From an uncultured archaeon (GTDB taxonomy: Archaea; Asgardarchaeota; Jordiarchaeia; Jordiarchaeales; Jordiarchaeaceae), in NCBI GenBank assembly GCA_964510585.1, contig CAZECW010000033.1, positions 1-32,000 on the forward strand: a stretch of 32,000 nucleotides of DNA. Direction: 5' to 3'. Shown here piece by piece: positions 17,483 through 25,764 of this stretch. Made by a program: the position numbers and the translations under genes. Below the pieces are notes generated by a model, which did no database searches, was not told the DNA's origin, and worked only from the letters and a program-made list of their open reading frames with translations. Numbering within the stretch: the first letter of the stretch is position 1; every line of letters starts with the position of its first letter.

Positions 17483-18271
17483 ATGGAAGAAAGTGTGAAG
17501 CGTATTGCATCTCAGGGTTCGATATTGGAAGCTGGCAAACAGAGGCATTATCTGCTTAAGTATGGTCTAGGCTTGAACATGGATAAGCAGGCGACTTATA
17601 CTATTATTGCAGGGTGCAATAATCCTTTTGCTCTGTTTAAGCCGTTTAAAGCTTTTGTAGAGTTGTTAAAGCTCTTTGATGTGGATTACACCTTTCTTAA
17701 AAAGGAGTTTTGCTGTGGAAACCTGGCCTATAGGGAAATATCAAAGGAGGAGAGACCAAAGCTGGAGGAGTACTCCAAGCAATTTATTGAGAACAATCTT
17801 AAACAAGCAAAGAAACTTGGTTCCAGAGCAGTGGTAACATTTTGTAACGTTTGCTGTTTCCTCTACAATAGGTTCTTCGGGGGCGAATATGAGGGTATGA
17901 GAATTTTATACTACCCTGAATTCCTTCTGGAAACCATGAAGGGGAAACCCAGACTGGATAAGAATGTGGCGTATTATGAGGGATGTTACAGGTATCAGAG
18001 GGATTTGGCGCCGGGAGCAAAAATAAACCTAAAAAGCAACCATGAGCTCCTTAGAAGAATCCAAGGTTTGAAAGTAAGCCAAGTTCCGTCAAATCTTTGT
18101 TGCATGGATAGTGCGCAGAAGATTATTGATGAGGTAAACAATCAAAGAGTGAATACTTTAGTGGCGAGTTGTACAGGTTGTTTCGCAGTCCTAGATGTAA
18201 TCTCAAAATTAGCGGGTGGTAAACCTGAGGTAAAGTACATAACCGAAATTTTACTAGAAGCCTACAAATAA
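17483..18271 (+). CDS. CCG-domain (HdrB/GlpC-like) Fe-S protein
   Basis: Two Cys-rich repeats: IAGC...EFCCG...FCNVC and YEGC...LCCM...SCTGC. No N-terminal ferredoxin domain. Confidence 0.85.
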   Translation: MEESVKRIASQGSILEAGKQRHYLLKYGLGLNMDKQATYTIIAGCNNPFALFKPFKAFVELLKLFDVDYTFLKKEFCCGNLAYREISKEERPKLEEYSKQFIENNLKQAKKLGSRAVVTFCNVCCFLYNRFFGGEYEGMRILYYPEFLLETMKGKPRLDKNVAYYEGCYRYQRDLAPGAKINLKSNHELLRRIQGLKVSQVPSNLCCMDSAQKIIDEVNNQRVNTLVASCTGCFAVLDVISKLAGGKPEVKYITEILLEAYK

Positions 18272-18441
18272 TAACAACGGAGAATTTATTCTTTGGATTT
18301 CTGTAACCATCTTGAGTTGTCCATTCTAGTAGTGTTGAAAAATTAAAAGCGAATATCGTAGCAGTCCTGATTTTTTCATTATAAATTGGCTTCGTATACG
18401 CTTGTATTGAATAAAGAGCGAGTTGGTTCACTTTTAGTGTG

Positions 18442-19785
18442 TCAGTTTTTGAGTTTGTTTACTATTTTTTCTACTTGTTCAACTGCGGTGCCGATATACT
18501 GTTTTGGGTCTAGCCAGTTGTCGAGTTCTTTTTCTTTTACTATGGTTTTTAGTTTGGGGTTTTCCAGTATGGCTTTCTTTAGGGGTATGTTTTCTTGGCG
18601 GCATTTGATTGCTATTTGGCGAAGAGTTTCATGTGCCTCTTGTCTTCCTAATCCTTTCTCTACGAGTTTTAGCATTATGTTTTCGCTCATGTATAGTCCG
18701 CCTTCGAGTTCTAGGTTTTTCTGAATGTTTTGGTAGTTGAATTCTAATCCTTTGAGTATGGATATCATTTCAGCTAGGATATAGTCTAGGAGTATGAAGG
18801 ATTCGGGGAATATTATGCGTTCATTGGAGGAGTTTGTTAGGTCTCTTTCGTGTTCGATTAGTGCAGCGTTTTCCAATGTGGGTATCGTGTAGGCTATTAT
18901 GACCCGGGATATTCCACAGACTCTTTCTGACCGGTGGGGGTTTCGCTTCTGAGCCATAGTTGAGGATCCTACCTGTTTCTTTGTGAAGGGCTCAAATATT
19001 TCTCCGATTTCTGTTCTCTGTAGATTCCTTATTTCCTTAGCTATTTTTGTTAGAGTTGCTGCAACTAAAGCGTTTAAAAATATAATTTCTGCATAAGTAT
19101 CGCGTTGAACTATCTGGTTGGTTATCTCTGCTTCTCTTATTTGTAATTCTTGCATTACGATTCTCTGGATGTCAAATCCCTTTTTTCCAAAACTAGCCAT
19201 TGTTCCCACTGCTCCACTCATTTTACCAACTAAAATCCTTTTTTTCCCTTCTCCGATTCTTTCTAGATGTCTATTGATTTCGCTGGCCCAAATGGCAAAC
19301 TTCATTCCGTAAGTGAAGGGTACTGCATGCTGCCCGTGTGTTCGTCCTATGCATATTGTTTCCTTGTGTTGGGAAGCTAGCTCCAAGAGCACATTTTTAA
19401 TAGATACGAGTTTTGAGGAAATTATTTCTATGGCATCTCTCAAGATAAGCGCCCAAGCAGTGTCTACAATGTCATAACTTGTTGCTCCTAAATGTACATA
19501 TTTGCCAGCGTCTCCCTCACATACCTCTGATAGGGCTTGCACCATTGCCATGACATCGTGGTGAATCTCCTCTTCTAATTCTTTTACCCTCTCGAGTTTA
19601 ACATATTTTAATGAGGCTTTTTTCGATATCTCCTCTGCTGCTTCCTTTGGAATATTCCCAAGAGCCGCATGTGCCCTCGCTAGGGCCGCTTCTACATCAA
19701 GCCATTTTTGAAGTTTATTCTCTTCTGTAAAAACCTGCTTCATTTCAGGTGTATAATATCTATACTCTATGGGGTGCACCGACAT
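18442..19785 (-). CDS. purB: Adenylosuccinate lyase
   Basis: HHDVMAMV, VHLGATSYDIVDT, GRTHGQHA, KMSGAVG, signature GSSTMAQKRNP, HERDLTNSSNER. Confidence 0.96.
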   Translation of the reverse strand: MSVHPIEYRYYTPEMKQVFTEENKLQKWLDVEAALARAHAALGNIPKEAAEEISKKASLKYVKLERVKELEEEIHHDVMAMVQALSEVCEGDAGKYVHLGATSYDIVDTAWALILRDAIEIISSKLVSIKNVLLELASQHKETICIGRTHGQHAVPFTYGMKFAIWASEINRHLERIGEGKKRILVGKMSGAVGTMASFGKKGFDIQRIVMQELQIREAEITNQIVQRDTYAEIIFLNALVAATLTKIAKEIRNLQRTEIGEIFEPFTKKQVGSSTMAQKRNPHRSERVCGISRVIIAYTIPTLENAALIEHERDLTNSSNERIIFPESFILLDYILAEMISILKGLEFNYQNIQKNLELEGGLYMSENIMLKLVEKGLGRQEAHETLRQIAIKCRQENIPLKKAILENPKLKTIVKEKELDNWLDPKQYIGTAVEQVEKIVNKLKN

Positions 19786-19808
19786 TCCTCACACCTCAAA
19801 GCCCATCT

Positions 19809-19834
19809 ATATTTTCTTAAGAGATAGAAAATAT
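19809..19834. promoter_or_regulatory. 9-bp inverted repeat ATATTTTCT-N8-AGAAAATAT in the purB/aminotransferase divergent spacer
   Basis: Seen directly. AT-rich, so it could be chance. Confidence 0.2.
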
Positions 19835-19965
19835 TAAAAGGGTATTCCTTCCACTGTTAAAGACCGCTAAATATTCATCACACCAATAATTCTACTCAAG
19901 TGCCAAAATTTTAATTTCAAATATTTGTAAACTTTTAATTGTTTAAAGGAGTTAGGTGAAGCAAG

Positions 19966-21120
19966 TTGCGTGGATTCGACGAAGATCTTTTAATGATTCC
20001 GGGTCCTACATTTGTCCCAGACAGTACACTTAGGGCTATGTCTCGCCAAATGATTAATCATAGGGGAAAAAAGTTTGGTGAGATGCTTACAGAGTGCACA
20101 GAGAATTTAAAGAAAGTTTTTAGAACTAAAAACGACCTCTTCATACTAACATGCTCGGGTACTGGGGCAATGGAAGCCGCTATCAGTAACATAATAGAAG
20201 ATGGAGATAAAGTACTCTGTCCAGTATACGGCAAATTTAGTGAGAGGTTCAAACTAATTGTGGAAGCCTTCGGGGGAAAACCCATCGAGTTATCTGTGGA
20301 GTGGGGAGACATTCCACAACCAGAGCTAATTGAAGAGGCTCTAGATAGGGAAAAAAATGTTAAGGCTGTAACAATAACCCAAAACGAAACATCGACCGGA
20401 GTAAGAGTTCCGCTTGAAGATATAAGTAAGATTGTGAAAAGGCATAACGCATTATTAGTTGTGGATACAATTTCAAGTATGGGCGGCGACTACGTTCCAG
20501 TTGACGATTTGAAAATCGACCTCTGTGTTTCAGGTTCACAGAAGTGCTTTTCACTCCCACCCGGTTTAGCCTTCATCTCAGTATCCGAAGAAGCTTGGGA
20601 GGTAATTAGAAGTACAAAAAGGAGGGCGTTCTACTTTAGCCTACCAGCATACCTAGAAAGCTATAAGAAGAATCCTCCAGAGCAACCCTACACACCCGCC
20701 TTAACATTCTATTATGCCCTACAAAATTCTCTAAGACTACTACTAGAAGAGGGACTGGATAATGTAATCTCCCGCCACCGAAAAGTAGCCCAAGCCACCA
20801 GAGAAGCCATAAAAGCACTAGAATTGGAACTCTTCCCAAAGAGAGAGGAGAACTGCTCAGTGACAGTAACTGCGGTGCGAATCCCTAACGGCGTATCGGA
20901 CAAGGATTTACGAGAACATATGCAGAAGGAGTACGGTATCCTCATATCAGGTGGACAGTCCAAGTTAAAAGGAAAAATCTTCAGAATAGGACATATGGGA
21001 TGCGTAACTGATAAAGAGATACTAACAACCATATACGCACTAGAACAGTCACTTAAAAAGCTAGGTCAAAGTGTAGAAATCGGAGCAGGACTAGAGGCGG
21101 CAATTAAAGTATTTAAGTAA
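19966..21120 (+). CDS. Class V PLP aminotransferase (alanine-glyoxylate/serine-pyruvate family)
   Basis: LMIPGPT, QNETSTGV, VDTISS, GSQKCFSLPPG (PLP lysine), FRIGHMG. TTG start after AGGTGA. Confidence 0.93.
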   Translation: MRGFDEDLLMIPGPTFVPDSTLRAMSRQMINHRGKKFGEMLTECTENLKKVFRTKNDLFILTCSGTGAMEAAISNIIEDGDKVLCPVYGKFSERFKLIVEAFGGKPIELSVEWGDIPQPELIEEALDREKNVKAVTITQNETSTGVRVPLEDISKIVKRHNALLVVDTISSMGGDYVPVDDLKIDLCVSGSQKCFSLPPGLAFISVSEEAWEVIRSTKRRAFYFSLPAYLESYKKNPPEQPYTPALTFYYALQNSLRLLLEEGLDNVISRHRKVAQATREAIKALELELFPKREENCSVTVTAVRIPNGVSDKDLREHMQKEYGILISGGQSKLKGKIFRIGHMGCVTDKEILTTIYALEQSLKKLGQSVEIGAGLEAAIKVFK

Positions 21121-21448
21121 TCCTTTATTGAGCTATTTTACTTAGTATGCTATTACTTTTTTATCTTAAGAGGCAAAATTGGCTCAAGAAATAATTTTAA
21201 AAAAGTTCCGTCCAGATTTAATCAGTTGAAATTTTTGAAACGTTTAAAACTCCTTTAACTCAGGGAAGGTGGTAAATAGGTAAAAGGGGAAATGGTTTAA
21301 ACCTTCTAATCAGTTATTTATCGTTAAAAACGGATTTAATATAACATCATTTTAGATGTGAGTATGATTGGAGCCTGATACCTAAAGTTTTGAGTGACTC
21401 TTAATAGAGAATTTAGGAAATTAAGCATAGCGGTATTCTTTGAATTGC

Positions 21449-21832
21449 TCAGCTTTCTTTTTCTGTTTCTCTTGCTATTTCTTTAAAGAGCAGCCTTCTA
21501 CCCTCTCGAGTGGGTATTACTTTGTTTCCTTGGACTTTAACCAGTCCCTTCCTCGCCATTAGTACAACTTCTTGTTCTATTTGCCATGGTTCAGCGTCCA
21601 GATATTTTGCTATTTGCTCGATGGTTTCTCTGTATCTTAGGCTTTCAAGAATGTTCCGATGGGATACCTTTTCGCCTGTTCTTTCTCTCTGAATTAATCC
21701 GCAAACGCTACAGACTCTTAATTTGCGGGAAGAATCGTAAAGAACTGAGCCACCACAAGCATCACATTTCTGATCTGTTTGTTGTGTACCATACCATTTT
21801 CCAGATGACCGTATGGAATCTTTCTTCGACAT
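21449..21832 (-). CDS. Zn-ribbon plus winged-helix protein (putative regulator), 127 aa
   Basis: CDACGG-x13-VCSVCG (TFIIB-type ribbon), then TIEQIAKYL...LMARKGLVKVQGNKVIPTREGRRL. ATG at 21832 follows a GAGGTG SD. Confidence 0.75.
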   Translation of the reverse strand: MSKKDSIRSSGKWYGTQQTDQKCDACGGSVLYDSSRKLRVCSVCGLIQRERTGEKVSHRNILESLRYRETIEQIAKYLDAEPWQIEQEVVLMARKGLVKVQGNKVIPTREGRRLLFKEIARETEKES

Positions 21833-22093
21833 ATAACAACACCTCATAAGAAATACAAACATTCAAATTATTATTCATTATTATATATCAAAAATTTTAA
21901 TATTATATATTATTAGTTATTAATTAAAATTTATGTAAATATAGTAAAGGTAAGATTTTTTCTCAATTTTAAGAAATGGTGTAATGGAAAGAAAAATAAG
22001 GCTTAAGGTTTCCATAGATGTGTGTAGCATGTATTAGGACAGCGGGTAGAAGGAAAATAGAGTAATCTAGATTATTTAAAGATTGCATTTTTT

Positions 22094-22756
22094 ATGGGTA
22101 TAATGTCAAAGGTGAAGATAGTGAGCAGGAAGAAGTTAATTAAAGAAGTCATAGCAGCCGTGAGTGTTGCTCTCCTACTTGGAGGAATTGTGGCCGCCCC
22201 TGCGGCAACAGTCTTAACGCTGTATTTTCCAGAGGTGGACCTGATGCCAATATCATATGGCGAAAGTTATAACTTTACAAGAGTCTGGATAGTGCTTCCA
22301 GGGCAAATGAACTGGATAGGGATTTATCTGGGTTACGGTGAAAGTATGGTCGGCGTATATACTTCAAACCTAAGAATTAATGCATACGTTATGGATGTTT
22401 TCAACTTCTTTCACTACTTACAGGGAGCCACATTTTTCACGCCAATAATGAAGGGGCAACCGTCAGAGTTTTCACTCTTCGGCTACACCGCTGCAATCCC
22501 TGGATATTATTACTTAGTTGTTGAGAACTATTCCCCGTACCCTGCTTTAGTAGTCGTTGATGGACAAAAAGTATCTACTGCAGTAATTCCGGTAACCAGC
22601 TTTAAGCATAATTTGTCTCAGTTACTACTAAAAATAGCCTTAGTAGGTGCATCGATTGGCTTTTTAATGTATCTACCCATAAGAATTTTAAAGTTTAGGC
22701 AATCCAAAAAAGAAATCAAAAGAAAAGAAACTAAAAAGTCCCAAAATAGGAAGTAA
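22094..22756 (+). CDS. Membrane protein with a GOLD/emp24-p24-like beta domain between two TM segments and a basic tail
   Basis: N-terminal hydrophobic helix, beta-rich core ending FGYTAAIPGYYYLVVEN, C-terminal TM, then a Lys/Arg-rich tail. The family assignment is by motif resemblance only. Confidence 0.55.
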   Translation: MGIMSKVKIVSRKKLIKEVIAAVSVALLLGGIVAAPAATVLTLYFPEVDLMPISYGESYNFTRVWIVLPGQMNWIGIYLGYGESMVGVYTSNLRINAYVMDVFNFFHYLQGATFFTPIMKGQPSEFSLFGYTAAIPGYYYLVVENYSPYPALVVVDGQKVSTAVIPVTSFKHNLSQLLLKIALVGASIGFLMYLPIRILKFRQSKKEIKRKETKKSQNRK

Positions 22757-22827
22757 TAACGTTAAAAAGAGGACATATTAGCCCTCCATATTTTGCTATA
22801 AAAACATGTTTTCGTTCTTTGTCTAAG

Positions 22828-22959
22828 AAGCGCAGCTTATGTACGTTTTTATAAAAAACCCCTTTTCCTAATTTTGTTGGGAAGCCCTTTAACCAGTAGT
22901 GCTTTACCATTAAAAGATTTTTCAGTTTTACTCAATTTAGTTTTAGTACAGCTGCGCTT
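22828..22959. repeat. Long-range inverted repeat AAGCGCAGCT...AGCTGCGCTT enclosing about 110 nt
   Basis: 10-bp perfect arms at 22828-22837 and 22950-22959, extendable by GTAC/GTAC after a 3-nt bulge. Internal GTTTTT-ATA-AAAAAC hairpin. Confidence 0.45.
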
Positions 22960-23016
22960 TTAACAGAAAAATTTTGTAGGATCCAATTTTTGGGTTATGA
23001 GACAGTTTACCACAGG

Positions 23017-23032
23017 TTTTTATATATAAAAA
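23017..23032 (+). promoter_or_regulatory. TATA box (TTTATATA) within palindrome TTTTTATATATAAAAA, upstream of the gelsolin-like gene
   Basis: About 40 nt upstream of the ATG at 23069, which has a GGGGTGA SD. Confidence 0.5.
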
Positions 23033-23068
23033 AGAGTAATTCTTACTAGATGTTTAAGGGGTGATTTT

Positions 23069-23620
23069 ATGTCAGTAGGGGTTGAAGCTTTTCAGATAAG
23101 AGATGATGGAGAATTAATACCTGTGCCTTTAGATTACACGAATCTATCTAGGGCTTTGATCGTCGTTGACCATAATAGAAAAAATATCTGGTTTTGGAAA
23201 GAATCGGAGGATCTTCCAAAGCTTTTGAAAGTTGTTGGTTCAAGGATAGCAAACTCTCTGAAAATGAAATATGGCTTGAATTACTCTACAAAGGAGATAG
23301 TAGGAAAAAAGGAACCAGAAAAATTTCTTATATTATTTGAGAATTTACCCTCCAGAAAGGATTCAAAGGAAAAATCCGCTGAGAGGAAAGCAGAATTTGC
23401 ACAAACACAATCCATAGCAGCTAAGATGCCCAAACAGCCAAAAATAAGTGAAAGGGAAAGGATAGAAATTCAATCTGTACAAAGGCAAATTGCAAAAGGC
23501 TTTTCAGAAATACCTATTTCAGTTAACATAAATATCAACTTGGAAAATCTTGACAGTTTTGATGAGAAGAAACTAGAAGATTTGATCAGAAGGGTCAGAG
23601 AAGTATTAGACAAACTATAA
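23069..23620 (+). CDS. Single gelsolin-like domain protein with C-terminal extension (Asgard-type)
   Basis: FQIRDDGELIPV...ALIVVDHNRKNIWFW...VGSRIANSL...EIVGKKEPEKFLILF matches the gelsolin repeat pattern. A charged linker and a helical C-terminal module follow. Confidence 0.72.
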   Translation: MSVGVEAFQIRDDGELIPVPLDYTNLSRALIVVDHNRKNIWFWKESEDLPKLLKVVGSRIANSLKMKYGLNYSTKEIVGKKEPEKFLILFENLPSRKDSKEKSAERKAEFAQTQSIAAKMPKQPKISERERIEIQSVQRQIAKGFSEIPISVNININLENLDSFDEKKLEDLIRRVREVLDKL

Positions 23621-23666
23621 CTGGCACCATTTGTTAAATATTCAGGAAAAGAATTCGTCTATTAAC

Positions 23667-24860
23667 TTATTTCTTTATGTTTTCGAGTACAAATTGGAGA
23701 GTACTTTTCGCCGTCTGTCTTACACTATCGTCTTTGTCTTCGTTGGCAAGTATTTCAATTTTGGGTAAAATTGTTTTCACAACTTGGGGCGAGTTTCCAG
23801 CTATCCATCCTAGAGACTTAACTGCATTTTTGCGAATTAATGCCTTTTTATCTTCCAAGACTTTTGTCAATTCGTTTACTATTTCTTCAATTAAGGGCTG
23901 TGTTTCTTTGGGATTGTTGCCTGTAATCCAGCCTATGCCAAGGATTGCTAATTCTTTTATATTTTCATTATCTGAATTTAGGAGCTGCTTTAGGTTGTTA
24001 AGGATAACATTGGTTGTTTTAGGATTGCTGTTTCCTATATATCCCAGCGTTGTGACTGCATTCCAAATTATCAGTTCATCTTCTTTCTCCACAACACTAG
24101 ATACACTTGAAATAATTTCATTTATCAATTCCACTTTTCTTTTAGTTAATAAGACTAAAGCCTCTGATGCACTACCCTTAACAAGAGGGTCAGGATCCTT
24201 GACCGCCATAAAAGCAAGATCAGATACAATATTCTCAATACTTTCAGGCTTCTTATAACCTATGGAAACCAATGCTTCCGTAGCATTAGATCTAACATAG
24301 TCGAGGCCATCATTTTTAGCCAATTTTAATAAAATTGGAATGTATTTCTCAACTATTTCGGGGTTAGAGCTTCCTATCCAGCCAATTGCCACCACAGAGG
24401 TCGTTTTCATCATTGTATTCTTAGAATCCAAATATTTAATTAGGTTTGGGATTAGGCTTTCAATAGCTTGGGGATTGTTACTACCAATCCAGCCCAAAAC
24501 CAGTATGGTGTTCCACTTGCAATCAATATCCGATTTTTCTAGTGACTCAAATATTTTAGGTGTTAATTTTTGGAATTGTTCCGTGAAGCTCAAACTGAGA
24601 AGCCCTAGAACTTCTGTTGCGTTTGCTCTAACATAGGTGGAGTTATCAGTGATAGCTAGATTGAGAATGTGTGGTAAAACTTTTTCTACTAATTTTGGGA
24701 ACTTTTCTGCGGAGGAGTTAACAGCCCACAAAGCAGCGGTTCTAGTTTCTGAATGTTTATCCTTAAATAGGGATATAAGCATATCAGATGCTTTTTCGAC
24801 CTTATTTTCTAATAAGAGGTTTACCACAGTTTTGAAAGCTTCTTCACTCAATTTCTTCAC
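23667..24860 (-). CDS. HEAT-repeat alpha-solenoid protein
   Basis: About 9-10 repeats of ~38 aa, with recurring (L/I)GWIGxxNP and D-x3-VR-xNA-xxAL motifs. Confidence 0.9.
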   Translation of the reverse strand: MKKLSEEAFKTVVNLLLENKVEKASDMLISLFKDKHSETRTAALWAVNSSAEKFPKLVEKVLPHILNLAITDNSTYVRANATEVLGLLSLSFTEQFQKLTPKIFESLEKSDIDCKWNTILVLGWIGSNNPQAIESLIPNLIKYLDSKNTMMKTTSVVAIGWIGSSNPEIVEKYIPILLKLAKNDGLDYVRSNATEALVSIGYKKPESIENIVSDLAFMAVKDPDPLVKGSASEALVLLTKRKVELINEIISSVSSVVEKEDELIIWNAVTTLGYIGNSNPKTTNVILNNLKQLLNSDNENIKELAILGIGWITGNNPKETQPLIEEIVNELTKVLEDKKALIRKNAVKSLGWIAGNSPQVVKTILPKIEILANEDKDDSVRQTAKSTLQFVLENIKK

Positions 24861-25101
24861 TTCTAGCCTTTTTTTAAGAGAAGCCTAAGACACTACTTAT
24901 GAGCCAAAGATATTAAGTTCACATTGAAAATTTTATCTCATAGAAAGAAATTAATATTTACCTTTTAACTTATTTGATTCATTTAGATGTTCAAGGAAAT
25001 ACCCTTTACCAAATTTAAATAAAGGACATAAAGTTGTTTCTAGGAAGGACGGGGAATATATTTTATTACGGATATAAAGGTTTTAGCAATAGTCAATAAA
25101 A

Positions 25102-25122
25102 TTATGTAGTAAAACTACATAA
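25102..25122. promoter_or_regulatory. 9-bp perfect inverted repeat TTATGTAGT-AAA-ACTACATAA; candidate operator
   Basis: In the HEAT/Roadblock divergent spacer, directly upstream of a TTTAAATA box (25125-25132). Confidence 0.45.
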
Positions 25123-25234
25123 AATTTAAATAGTTAATGTTCTATACTTTATGTAAATAACACCAAAAAATTTGCGGAGTTTAAATACCATAAATTATAA
25201 GAAAATTCTAGACGAGTACCATTGAGGTGAGAAA

Positions 25235-25597
25235 ATGGCAACTTCAGCTGATTTAAAAGCAGAGTCCACCAAATTCAACAACACCCTTGAGGAATTACAG
25301 TTCTCAAGCGGATTAGACGTTGTTATTACGGATATGGACGGAAAAATTAAAGCTAGTAAATTAAGATATGGAAGGGTAGAGGGAATAGGATCAATAATTC
25401 TGGAAAGCCTCGAAAAAAACAGGAAAATATCAGAAACCTTCTCTACGGATAGAATTGAGGATTTTATAGTCCACGGTAAGAAAGGTTACACGGTAGTGAA
25501 AATAACTGAATCTAATATTTTTGTTATTTCTGGACTGAAGGAGCACCAGCTCGGCTTAGCATTGTATAAGCTGAGACAAATAGCCGGTAATGTATAA
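25235..25597 (+). CDS. Divergent Roadblock/LC7 domain protein
   Basis: 120 aa with VVITDMDGKIKASKL, central helix, IEDFIVHGKKGYTVV and LGLALYKLRQIA. GAGGTGA SD. Confidence 0.75.
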   Translation: MATSADLKAESTKFNNTLEELQFSSGLDVVITDMDGKIKASKLRYGRVEGIGSIILESLEKNRKISETFSTDRIEDFIVHGKKGYTVVKITESNIFVISGLKEHQLGLALYKLRQIAGNV

Positions 25598-25764
25598 TAA
25601 GGTATAGAATTCATTTTAATTTGTTGGCTTTTAGGTTTCGTCATTGACGTGTTCTGCACAATGTAGCGGAGAATTACCATTTTCGTTGCAAAAAGGGTAC
25701 TTTAAGGGAGAAGGAAAGTCTGTGAGGCTCAAAGAGTAGGTATGACTTTAACTGGTTAAGTGGT

